Counted from the stretch's first letter, positions 1 to 9,664 are shown. The stretch: DNA of 11,825 bases from Octopus sinensis (GCF_006345805.1 NW_021826899.1:1-11825), one strand, 5' to 3'. Notes: a model not told the origin generated them from the letters alone. Translations and numbers: made by a program.

Positions 1-24
1 TATATATATATATATATATATATA
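1..24. repeat. (TA)n microsatellite
   Basis: Pure TA dinucleotide run at the window start. Confidence 0.95.
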
Positions 25-204
25 TTGTACATTTAAACACATAAGGAATCCTGTCGTGGGATTCAACACGCTAGAAAAAGCACCTAGGTTTTGAAAGTTG
101 GCATTTTTTATTGCTGGCGAAGCGCTGCGTCTGCGCTGTAGATTTTGAAAAAATTAGGATATATAAACGGGACTCATAACTCCTACCAAATTATGTTTTC
201 TAAT

Positions 205-350
205 GGTGGCGGGCTGGCAGAAACGCTAGCGCGCCGGGTGAAATGCGTAGCCGTATTTCGTTTGCCGTTACGTTCTGAGTTCAAATTCCAACGAGGTCGA
301 CTTTGCCTTTCATCCTCTCGGGGTGGATAAATAAATACCAGTTTCGCACT
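205..350 (+). mobile_element. SINE-B copy 1, 3'-truncated tRNA-headed SINE
   Basis: Head GGTGGCGGGCTGGCAGAAACGCTAGC, B-box-like GAGTTCAAATTCC, then the GTCGACTTTGCCTTTCATCC body; colinear with 9665-9810; stops at a TA tract. Confidence 0.88.
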
Positions 351-351
351 C

Positions 352-357
352 AAATAT

Positions 358-429
<72 letters not shown>

Positions 430-438
430 ATATTATAT
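352..438. repeat. (TA)n microsatellite
   Basis: Near-pure TA run between two SINEs. Confidence 0.95.
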
Positions 439-440
439 TT

Positions 441-665
441 GAGTGGCTGTGTGGTAAGTAGCTTGCTTACGAACCACATGGTTCCGGGTTCAGTCCCACT
501 GCGTGGTGCCTTGGGCAAGTGTCCTCTACTATAGCCTCGTGCCGACCAAAGCCTTGTGAGTAGATTTGGTAGTCGGAAACTGAAAGAAGCCCGACCTGTA
601 TATGTATGTATATACGTGTGTGTGTGTGTGTGTTTATGTATGTAATGTATGCGTATATATATGCA
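441..665 (+). mobile_element. SINE-A copy 1, 5' half plus internal microsatellite; 3' half absent
   Basis: GAGTGGCTGTGTGGTAAGTAGC...GGTTCAGTCCC (A/B-box-like)...GAAAGAAGCCCG followed by a TA/TG tract; colinear with 3946-4090. Confidence 0.9.
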
Positions 666-913
666 CACAGACGCGAGAGGGTGTTGAAGAGTTCTTGGTC
701 TTAAGAGCATCCCGAAAGAACTGGCTGGGAGTTCGACGATCCGAGTTCTTTTATAGGGCTTAGGAAACCTGAAGACCTGCTGCAGTAAGTGTGTGAATCT
801 GGGAAGGGAACATGTTGAATAAAATCATAATTAATTGATCGGCCTGTATGTTTTTTTGACCCAAGCCGGGGTCATTCGGCAACCCTCATCTATGCATGTA
901 TGTATACGTATAT

Positions 914-1094
914 GCTTTTATTTGTTCCAGTCAAACTCAAGACTTTTTCTTTGTAAACCAAGTACTTAATCTACGGTCTCTTTTGCCGAACCACTAATTT
1001 ACAGGAACATCAACACACCAGTATCGGTTGTCAAGCGATGGTTGGGGACAAATAAAGACACACACACACCTACATACATACATACATACATACA

Positions 1095-1128
<34 letters not shown>

Positions 1129-1360
1129 CATACATACACACACACATACACACACACGCACACACACACACATATAAATATATATATATATATATATAAG
1201 ACGAGCTTCTTTCAGTTTCCATCTACCAAATCCACTCACATGTATTTGGTCGGCTCGAGACTATAATAGAAAACACTTTCTCGACGTGTCACACACTGGA
1301 ACTGAACCCGGAACCATGTCGTTGGGAAGCAAGCGACTTACCAAGCAACTACTCCGTAGA
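914..1360 (-). mobile_element. SINE-A copy 2, near full length, diverged, with an internal deletion near the tail
   Basis: Reverse complement matches SINE-A: head near 1360, (TACA)n/(CA)n/(TA)n tract ~1056-1199, 3' half 914-1055. Confidence 0.88.
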
Positions 1361-1367
1361 CATTATG

Positions 1368-1368
<1 letters not shown>

Positions 1369-1405
<37 letters not shown>

Positions 1406-1506
1406 TATACACGTATATCTATCTATCTAAATATATATATATATATTGTATATATACACATATACATAGATATATATATCCATACATATATGTACACACA
1501 CATACC

Positions 1507-1558
<52 letters not shown>

Positions 1559-1707
1559 CATACGTGTATATATACACACATATATATATATTTATACGAT
1601 ATATATATATATACATATATATGAATACATCTATCTACCATATATATATATATATATATACATGCATAAATACACACACACAGACATATATATATATTTA
1701 TATATAT

Positions 1708-1758
<51 letters not shown>

Positions 1759-1828
1759 TAAATATGTATATACACACACACAGACATATATATTTATATA
1801 TAATATATATAATATATATATACATAAT
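1369..1828. repeat. Long compound (TA)n / (TACA)n microsatellite
   Basis: ~460 bp almost entirely TA with CA interruptions. Confidence 0.95.
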
Positions 1829-2437
1829 ATTTTCCCCAAATATTTATCAATATAATACAGTCAGAAGAAGAGCATCAACTGCCACACAGAAATGAATATT
1901 TAAACCATACATGTAAATACTTATAAGTTTTTGCTACTGCAAGCATGTCACAAGGGAGATAACATGCATTGTTAACCATGTCGATCTAGCATCTCTGTTA
2001 CAAGCACATTCCTGTGCGTGTGTGTATATGCGTGCGTATGGATGTTTTGGTTGAGTGTGCATGTTATTGTTTATATTTTAGTGTGTGAGGGTGGTTTTGA
2101 TACAATTTTTCTCATAAACATGAGAAAAGCAACACACCCACATATATGCACAGGCTTATAAAACTTCTATATTTTGGAAAGATAGGTATTGTACTCCTAG
2201 TATTGTACACAATAATACGTGTATGTTAAGGTGCATGTGCGCGCCCGTGTATATATGCATTCATACATGCACATACGTAAGAATAAATATATATATAGAT
2301 ATCTGTGTGTGTGTGTGTGTGTGTATAATATATGTATGTATGTAACAAGTTTCGCTTCAGATTCAAAGGAAGCATGCGCGAAACTCTCGGCATTCGAGTT
2401 GGTTTTGTAATTTTTTGTGGCTTAAAATTATAAAGTT

Positions 2438-2559
2438 CACATGGTTCTGGGTTCAGTCCCACTGCGTGGCACCTCGGGCAAGTGTCTTCTACTATAGCCT
2501 CGGGCCGACCAAAGCCTTGTGAGTGGATTTGGTAGACGGAAACTGAAAGAAGCCTGCCG

Positions 2560-2602
<43 letters not shown>

Positions 2603-2800
2603 TTGTGTATCTGTGTTTGTCCCCCCAACATCGCTTGACAACCGATGCTGGTGTGTTTACGTCCCCGTAACTTAGCGGTTGGCAAATAAGACCGATAGAA
2701 TAAGTAATAGGCTTACAAAAATTAAGTCTTGGGGGTCGATTTCCTCGACTAAAGGCGATGCTCCAGCATGGCCGCAGTCAAATGACTGAAACAAGTAGAA
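2438..2800 (+). mobile_element. SINE-A copy 3, missing ~40 nt at the 5' end
   Basis: Starts CACATGGTTCTGGGTTCAGTCCC and ends CAGTCAAATGACTGAAACAAGTAGAA; internal (TA)(TG) tract ~2560-2605. Confidence 0.92.
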
Positions 2801-2851
2801 TACAGAAAGAGAGACATATTCACGTGCTGTTTTTCTATCTAATATGTATAC

Positions 2852-3123
2852 ACTATTTCAGTCATTAGACTGCGGTCATACTGGGGCAGCACCTTGAAGT
2901 TTTAGGCGAATAAATCGACCCCAGTACGTATTTTTTTAAGCTTGGTACTCATTCTATCGGAATATTTTGCCGAACCGCTAATTAACGGGAACGTAAACAC
3001 ACCAGCACGTGGTGATGGAAGGTGGGTAAACAGACACAAAGACACACACACACATATTTATATGTATATATATAAATGTAGATATATATATATATATGTG
3101 TGTATATATATATATATATATAC

Positions 3124-3158
<35 letters not shown>

Positions 3159-3323
3159 TACGACAGGCTTGGTTCAGCTACCGTCTACCAAATCCACACA
3201 CAATGCCTTGGTCGGCCTAGAGCTATAGTAGAAGACACTTTCCGAAGGTGCCACGCAGTGGGATTGAAACCGGAACCATGTGTTTGGGAAACAAGCTTCT
3301 TACCACATATCCACTCTTGCGCC
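2852..3323 (-). mobile_element. SINE-A copy 4, full length, variant 3' half
   Basis: Reverse-complement head GGCGCAAGAGTGGATATGTGGTAAG at 3323; tail stem CAGTC-TAAT-GACTG near 2859-2872. Confidence 0.9.
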
Positions 3324-3327
3324 TTTG

Positions 3328-3511
3328 CACGCATACACACACACACACACACACACACATACACACACACACATACACACACATATACACACACACATAC
3401 ACACACATACACACACATACCACCATACACATACACACACATACACACACACATACACACACATACACCCACACATACACCACACACATACACACATATG
3501 CACGCACATGC

Positions 3512-3547
<36 letters not shown>

Positions 3548-3649
3548 ACACACACATACACACACATACACACACATACACACACATACACACACATACA
3601 CATACACACACATACACACACACATACACACACATATGCACGCACATGC

Positions 3650-3686
<37 letters not shown>

Positions 3687-3728
3687 CACGCACATGCACG
3701 CACACACGCACGCACAACACACACATAT
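3328..3728. repeat. Compound (CA)n/(CACATA)n microsatellite
   Basis: ~400 bp of CA-based repeat; the motif CATATGCACGCACATGCCTGCA occurs at 3495 and 3633. Confidence 0.95.
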
Positions 3729-3945
3729 GCGCAGGCGTTTACAAAGGTAATTTCAGCTTTATCTACCTGTAGTGCGGAACACATTAAACACCCTTCACAG
3801 GCCTGCAAAATGAAGGTGTTCTCTTTTGTTTGGTATCTATTCGCACAGTAAGATCTAATGCAAATTTGCTTACCTGGCATCCCTAACCATATCTAGCATT
3901 TACCAGCACCCATGCAGCCGCTTTTATATTTTAGTTAATAAACTA

Positions 3946-4108
3946 GGCGCAGGAGTGGCTGTGTGGTAAGATGCTTGCTTACCAGCCACATGGTTCCGGG
4001 TTCATTCCCACTGCGTGGCAACTTAGGGCAAGTATCTTCTACTATAGCTTCGGTCCGACCAAAGCCTTGTGAGTGGATTTGGTAGACGGAAACTGAAAGA
4101 AGCTCGTC

Positions 4109-4168
<60 letters not shown>

Positions 4169-4394
4169 TTGTGTGTGTGTGTGTGTTGTGTGTGTGTGTG
4201 TGTGTGTGTGTATGTTTGTATGTCTGTATTTGTCCCCTCAAATTGCTTGACAACCGATGGTGGTATGTTTACGTCCCCGTAACGTAGTGGTTCGGCAAAA
4301 GATCCCAATAGAATAAGTCCTGGGGTCAATTTGCTCGACTAAAAGGCGGTGCTCCAGCATGGCCGCAGTTATAGGACTGAAACAAGTAAAAGAG
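3946..4394 (+). mobile_element. SINE-A copy 5, full length, with 7-bp target-site duplication TAAACTA
   Basis: Complete head GGCGCAGGAGTGGC through tail ACAAGTAAAAGAG; TAAACTA at 3939-3945 and 4395-4401. Confidence 0.93.
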
Positions 4395-4673
4395 TAAACT
4401 ATCTGACACGATCTCAGCGAACTTACTGATATGCAAATGCCTTAAATCAGTGCATATTTCATTTCTCCTAACATCTTGCGAAGAAACTTAAGGCTTTCGT
4501 CTTTCTTTGAAACGGTGTACAAATCTAAATTTTTTTTTGAACCTTTAGAAACTAGTAGTGCTTTTCTCTTGTTCATCGTGTCGCTAAGTGCTTAATGAAT
4601 GTGAACATGTACGTATATACAGATAAACGTATGCATGTATACACATCCATACATGTATATATCATAGACACAC

Positions 4674-4950
<277 letters not shown>

Positions 4951-4954
<4 letters not shown>

Positions 4955-5016
4955 TGTTTCTTTATTAGCCACAGAGGGCTGCACACAAACGGGACAGATT
5001 ACAAAGTAGAGCTTTT
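4951..5016 (-). mobile_element. Duplicate of the last 66 bp of the adjacent LINE 3' end
   Basis: Aligns ungapped to 5213-5278 with 7 mismatches in 66 nt (counted by eye). Confidence 0.85.
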
Positions 5017-5017
5017 A

Positions 5018-5199
5018 GGCGGCGAGCTGGCAGAAACGATAGCACGCCGCGCGTGATGCTTAGCAGTACTTTGTCTGCCTTTCTGTTTTGAGTTCAAATT
5101 CCGTCTAGGTCGTCATTGCCTTTCATCCTTTCGGGGTCGATAAATCGACTTGACCCCATCCCCCAAAATCTCGGGCCTTGTTCCTAGAGTAGAAAAGAT
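5018..5199 (+). mobile_element. SINE-B copy 2, short-tail variant with an internal deletion
   Basis: GGCGGCGAGCTGGCAGAAACG head, GAGTTCAAATTCC box, tail CCCCAAAATCTCGGGCCTTGTTCCTAGAGTAGAAAAGAT. Confidence 0.9.
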
Positions 5200-5212
5200 A
5201 TATAGATGGATA

Positions 5213-5726
5213 GATATGTTTCTTTATTAGCCACACAGGGCTACACACAGACAGAACAAATTACAAGGTAGAGCTTTTCTTTTGGGGGTAAAAAAAAGGG
5301 GGGTGGTTTTCGATCAAACGGGATCGTAAAAGGAAAGAAAGAAGACAAAAAAAGGGGAGGATTTAAAAAAAAAAGGGGGGGGAAAGAAAAGGGGAGAGGA
5401 AAAAAAAGTTGATCAATAGGGATCGTAATCACAGAAATGTCAATATGAAGTGTAAAGGGAGGACAGGTGAGGTTTACCCGTGGAAAGAAAAGCCTACGGA
5501 AAAGACCACGGTAACCTCGGTCAATGAAGTCACATGTTATATTTCTTGTTTTTTTTTTTGCAAATAAGCAACTCTCTGTATTAATATTTACGGTTCATAG
5601 AATCATAGTCAAGGTGGCTTCGTCATTCATACGTGCCATCCTTGCTACATTCACCCATCTTTTTTTAAAACATTCACTAGACAAAACTTGCCTCTCTACT
5701 CTCACTTTCCTCTTCAAGTGATACTT
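5213..5726 (-). mobile_element. 5'-truncated non-LTR retrotransposon (probable L1/Tx1 clade): ORF2 end, 3'UTR and AATAAA, followed by TATC repeats
   Basis: An open frame ends in TGA at 5595-5597, followed by ~380 nt of UTR-like sequence ending GGCTAATAAAGAAACATATCTATC on the minus strand. Clade assignment rests on remembered resemblance of the C-terminal peptide. Confidence 0.7.
5595..5726 (-). pseudogene. C-terminal 43 aa remnant of a LINE ORF2: KYHLKRKVRVERQVLSSECFKKRWVNVARMARMNDEATLTMIL*
   Basis: Hand translation; below the ORF-track cutoff and lacking a start codon. The RVER..LS..F.KRW pattern resembles Tx1-type ORF2 C-termini. Confidence 0.62.
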
Positions 5727-6000
5727 ATACCTACACACATACATTCATACATGCATGCATGCATACATACATAGATACATATATACATACATACATACAT
5801 ACATGCGTACATACATACACACATACATTCATACATACATACATGCATGCATACATACATACATACGTACATGCATACATACATACATACATGCATACAT
5901 ACATACATGCATACATGCATACATGCATACATACATACATACATACATGCATACATACATAAATACATACATACATGCATACATACATATACATACATAG
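5727..6000. repeat. (TACA)n/(TGCATACA)n microsatellite
   Basis: Tetranucleotide-based run abutting the LINE 5' truncation point. Confidence 0.95.
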
Positions 6001-6036
6001 ACAGACATCAGACGGACAGTAGATATAGGATAAAGA

Positions 6037-6245
6037 TGTCTGTGTATATGCCTTTGAGCAAGTGTCTGTACCCCACCACCGCTCGACAACTGGTGTTGGT
6101 GTGTTTACGTCCCCGTATGCTAGTGGTTCGGCAAAGAGTGCGGTAGAACAGGTACGACGCATTAAAAAATAAGTAATGGGATAAATACATTCCACTAGAA
6201 ATTCTTCAAGGAGATTTCCCAACATGGCTGCAGTCTTGTGACTGA
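6037..6245 (+). mobile_element. SINE-A copy 6, diverged 3' half only
   Basis: CCCCACCACCGCTCGACAACTGGTGTTGGTGTGTTTACGTCCCCG...GGTTCGGCAAA...CATGGCTGCAGTCTTGTGACTG matches the SINE-A 3' half. Confidence 0.8.
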
Positions 6246-6334
6246 TATGCGTGTTTGTTCGCGCGCGTGCGTGTGTGTGTGTGCGCACGCGCGTGTGTAT
6301 ATGTGTGTGTGTGATGTGTATATATTCTGTTTTA

Positions 6335-6478
6335 TCCTTCTACTAGTTTCAGTCAGTTGACTGCGGCCATGCTGGAGCACCACCTTTAGTCGAGCAAATC
6401 GACTCCAGGACTTATTCTTTGAAGCCTAGTACTTATTCTATCGATCCTTTTTTTTTTTGCTGAACAGCATCGGTTGTC
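6335..6478 (-). mobile_element. SINE-A copy 7, 3' fragment
   Basis: TTTCAGTCAGTTGACTGCGGCCATGCTGGAGCACC...CAGCATCGGTTGTC is the reverse complement of the SINE-A tail, with an internal ~27-nt deletion. Confidence 0.87.
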
Positions 6479-6528
6479 TCTTTTCCTCCCTCTGCCGCTC
6501 TCTCCGACTCTCCTTCTCTCTCTCTCTC

Positions 6529-6563
<35 letters not shown>

Positions 6564-6580
6564 ATCTATCTATCTTATAT
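6479..6580. repeat. (CT)n/(CTTT)n/(CTAT)n polypyrimidine low-complexity tract
   Basis: Direct inspection. Confidence 0.85.
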
Positions 6581-6905
6581 ATACGTTGGGTCTTGTAATT
6601 TGAGAGAGTGTTATAATTCATTCACGTATTACTGTGATGCTGACGAATTATTACACCTGCAACATTAACGTAAACCTTAGTCTATCAGGTAACACGCGGC
6701 GCAATTTCAGCCATTGAACTTCTAATCAATAAGTTTAAGCTTTCATCAAATTTTCATGAAATGTATTTGCTAAGTCCTAGAAGCGTGGGATCAAAACCAC
6801 TTATGTACAGAGACTTTTCTCTATTCTTACTCATTCCTTATATCTGTGTGTGTGTGTTTTATCTACGTGTATATTTGCAGCGATCATTTTCCGTTGTCAT
6901 TATAC

Positions 6906-7106
6906 ATTCTTACCTACTCGAGGCACAAGGCCCGAAATTTTGGTAGAGCGTGGGCCAGTCGATTAAATCGGTCTCAGTACGCAACTGATACTTAATTTGT
7001 GGACCCCGAAAGGATGAAAGGCAAAGTTGACCTCAGAACACGAAGACAGTCGAAATGCTGTTAAGCATTTCGCCCGGCATGCTAACGTTTCTGTCAGCTT
7101 GCCGCC
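6906..7106 (-). mobile_element. SINE-B copy 3, short-tail variant with the B-box region deleted
   Basis: Reverse-complement head GGCGGCAAGCTGACAGAAACG at 7106; tail AGGCACAAGGCCCGAAATTTT at 6921-6941. Confidence 0.88.
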
Positions 7107-7248
7107 TTGAAAGGGTTGTATAGTAACTGTCAACTGCGAGAAAGGTTATCCATGTCAAAACACGGTGAATGGCTTCGAATATACCTCAAGCATATTTGAA
7201 ATGGTAACAAGTTTATATTTAAACACATCCCTGCTTAGTGCTATCATT

Positions 7249-7671
7249 CCGGCGTGCGAACGTTTCTTACTTCTTTATTACACACAAGGGGCTAAACATA
7301 GAGCAGACAAACAAGAGCAGACAATGGGATTAAGTCGATTACATCGACCCCAGTGCATAACTAGTGCTTAATTTATCGACCTCGAATGGATGAGAGCTAA
7401 AATCGACCTCGCTGGAATTTGAAATCAGAACGTAACGGCAGACGAAATACCTATTTCTTTACTACCCACAAGGGGCTAAACACAGAGAGGACAAACAAGG
7501 ACAGACAAACGGATTAAGTCGATTATATCGACCCCAGTGCGTAACTGGTACTTATTTAATCGACCCCGAAAGGATGAAAGGCAAAGGGTGAATTTGAACT
7601 CAGAGCGTATAGACAGTCGAAAAGCCGCTAAATTTCGCCCGGCGTGCTAACGTTTCTGCCAGCTCACCGCC
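7249..7671 (-). mobile_element. SINE-B copy 4, dimeric long-tail form plus the start of a third unit
   Basis: Head at 7671; unit 1 spans 7671-7451, unit 2 spans 7450-7268, then AGAAACGTTCGCACGCCGG; same layout as 9665-10093. Confidence 0.9.
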
Positions 7672-8012
7672 CTAGTATGACGAGAATATTATGAAAGTGA
7701 ACTGTCTCTCGTGTTAGTTTGCAACGTCTGCTTTTCCGGCATCTGTGGCTGAGGAGGAGATAACCGCACCGAAATGCGTGCATCCCACAGTCTAGTTAGA
7801 AAAGGCTACGAACTGACTCGGTGTGTTTACACCTATTTGTCTGCAGTGAGAAATTTTGGCCATAATAAAATATAGTGTATGGCTTTCATATGAGTTTGAA
7901 TATCACTCAAACATACTTAAACTGCTAACACATTTGTACTTAGACACCTGACTGTTTGACGCTGTCACCGTATTTTAACTATTAAGTCCATCATATTTAA
8001 CATAGCCAAGTC

Positions 8013-8226
8013 AGGGAGCAGTCAGAATCGTTAGCAACGCCGGACAAAATAATTTAGTGGTATTTCGTCCGTCTCTACCTTCTGAGTTCAAATTCCACCG
8101 AGGTCGACTTTGCTTTTCATTCTTTCGAGGTCGATAAAAGAAGTGCCAGTTGAGTACTGGAGAAGATGTAATCAGCTTATTCTATCCTCCGAATTTGCAG
8201 GTGTTGCGCCAAAATTTGAAACCAAT
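8013..8226 (+). mobile_element. SINE-B copy 5, diverged, third tail variant (ending CCAAAATTTGAAACCAAT)
   Basis: CAGAATCGTTAGC...GAGTTCAAATTCCACCGAGGTCGACTTTGC...GTCGATAAAA body. Confidence 0.82.
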
Positions 8227-8234
8227 TTTTTTTG

Positions 8235-8651
8235 CTCTTTTACTTGTTTCAGTCATTTGACTGTGGCCATGCTGGAGCATCGCCTTTTGTCGAGCAAATC
8301 GACCCCAAGACTTATTCTTTGTAAGCCTAGTACTTATTTTATCGGTCTGTTTTGCCGCAACGCTAAGTTACGGGGACGTAAACACACCAGCATCGGTTGT
8401 CAAGTGATGTTGGGGGGACAAGCACAGACACACAAACATTCACACACACATACACACACACACATGCACATATATATACACATATATACGACGGGCTTCT
8501 TTCAGTTTATGTCTACCAAATCCACTCACAAGGCTTTAGTCGGCCCGAGGCTGTAGTAGAAGAGACTTGCCCAAGGTGCCACGCAGTGGGACTGAACCCG
8601 GAACCATGTGGTTCGTAAGCAAGCTACTTTCCACACAGCCACTCCTACGCC
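8235..8651 (-). mobile_element. SINE-A copy 8, full length and well preserved
   Basis: Reverse-complement head GGCGTAGGAGTGGCTGTGTGG at 8651; tail CTCTTTTACTTGTTTCAGTCATTTGACTG at 8235; no TSD found. Confidence 0.93.
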
Positions 8652-8910
8652 AATATTTAACACTGCTGTTAGTTCCCATTCTTCTTTTTTAATGTTAAAT
8701 AATTACTTAAATACTTTTATTCTATTTTAATAGAATTTGTCACTCGTGCATATTTATCTGATGAAGATTTTAAAATATGGCTAAGTTTCAGATCTAAGAC
8801 CAAATATTTTGGTAAAATATATTGAACTGTTCAAATTATCATGCGCTTCATCTATTAGAAAAGTGTTCTAATGGATATGTTCTGATTTTTCAAGCATAAA
8901 ATCCTTCGTC

Positions 8911-9048
8911 CTTTTTTTTCTCTCTCCCTATTTCACTCTCTCCCTCTCTCTCTCCCTCTCCCTCTTTCTTTCTTTCCCGACTTTTCGCCGCCTCGCTCTT
9001 CCCTGACTCTCTCACCTTCCTTCCCTCTCTCCTTCTCATCTCCCACCC
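8911..9048. repeat. CT-rich polypyrimidine low-complexity tract
   Basis: Direct inspection. Confidence 0.8.
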
Positions 9049-9664
9049 ATTAATATATGTACATCAAAACGCCAACATTTTAGCCACCATGTTGTTTGTT
9101 GAGCTTTCAAACGCTTAATTACAGCTTCACGAAACCACTTCAATTTGAAAGTTGTTATCGTTTAAAAGTTTTCGTTTAAAAATTTCCTCTGTTGTATACT
9201 TTAACTGTGCAAGCATAAAACATAGAACCCAAAACGATCAAGTTTAGAATCTAAAGAAACTTCTGATAGACTAACAACGGCAATATAAAACACGAAGAAG
9301 ATAGGTAAACAATATTAGCATTGAAGAACGTACAATTCCTTTTCGTAACTTTAGTCCACTGTTTGAGACTGCGGAAATAATGTAAGCAGACGTTGAGGAA
9401 CAGATTATGTGGAGAGATAATGTCGTATAGGGGCGGTGGCATGAGATAATGCGACGGCAAAAAGGCTCAGCGGACGAAAGCGAGAAAGTTGGATAAGAAG
9501 AAATCGATTAAACACTCTAACAGACGATAGAGTTGCAGTGAAGGTACTAAATTTAAGGTGTACTAAAATACCTATTCTGGCTGATGTTAACTTTTTTCTA
9601 AGGAAAGTATACGGCTGTGTATATGTGCATATTTGTCTGCTTACATATATACGTGAGTGTTAAA

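Noticed and set aside
183-710. Recurring peptide ASFSFRLPN.LTRLWSARGYSR.HLP..PRSGTEP in several ORFs (also 2437-2685, 4023-4253, 11385-11660)
   Set aside because: It is the antisense translation of the SINE-A body; the recurrence reflects SINE copies, not a protein family.
3788-3802. ACEGC, resembling a nuclear-receptor zinc-finger P-box
   Set aside because: It lacks the following KGFFRR-type residues and the preceding CxVC; a five-residue coincidence.
3868-3880. CTTACCTGGCA, resembling the U1 snRNA 5' end
   Set aside because: Downstream sequence does not follow U1; the match is just the complement of a splice-donor-like motif.
3946-4020. tRNA-like heads with A/B boxes
   Set aside because: They continue directly into SINE bodies and I could not fold a complete cloverleaf, so they are not called as tRNA genes.
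4442-4525. Minus-strand frame DLYTVSKKDESLKFLRKMLGEMKYALI*
   Set aside because: It looks protein-like, but the putative acceptor is preceded by an A run rather than pyrimidines, and no homology is recognised.
6262-6293. Perfect 10-bp inverted repeat CGCGCGTGCG/CGCACGCGCG around a TG loop
   Set aside because: It lies in alternating purine-pyrimidine low-complexity sequence, where such palindromes arise easily.
9251-9460. 69-aa minus-strand ORF, and a plus-strand frame with TDDRVAVKVL faintly resembling an RTE ORF C-terminus
   Set aside because: No recognisable domain; the RTE resemblance is only a few residues and lacks the W.GH motif.
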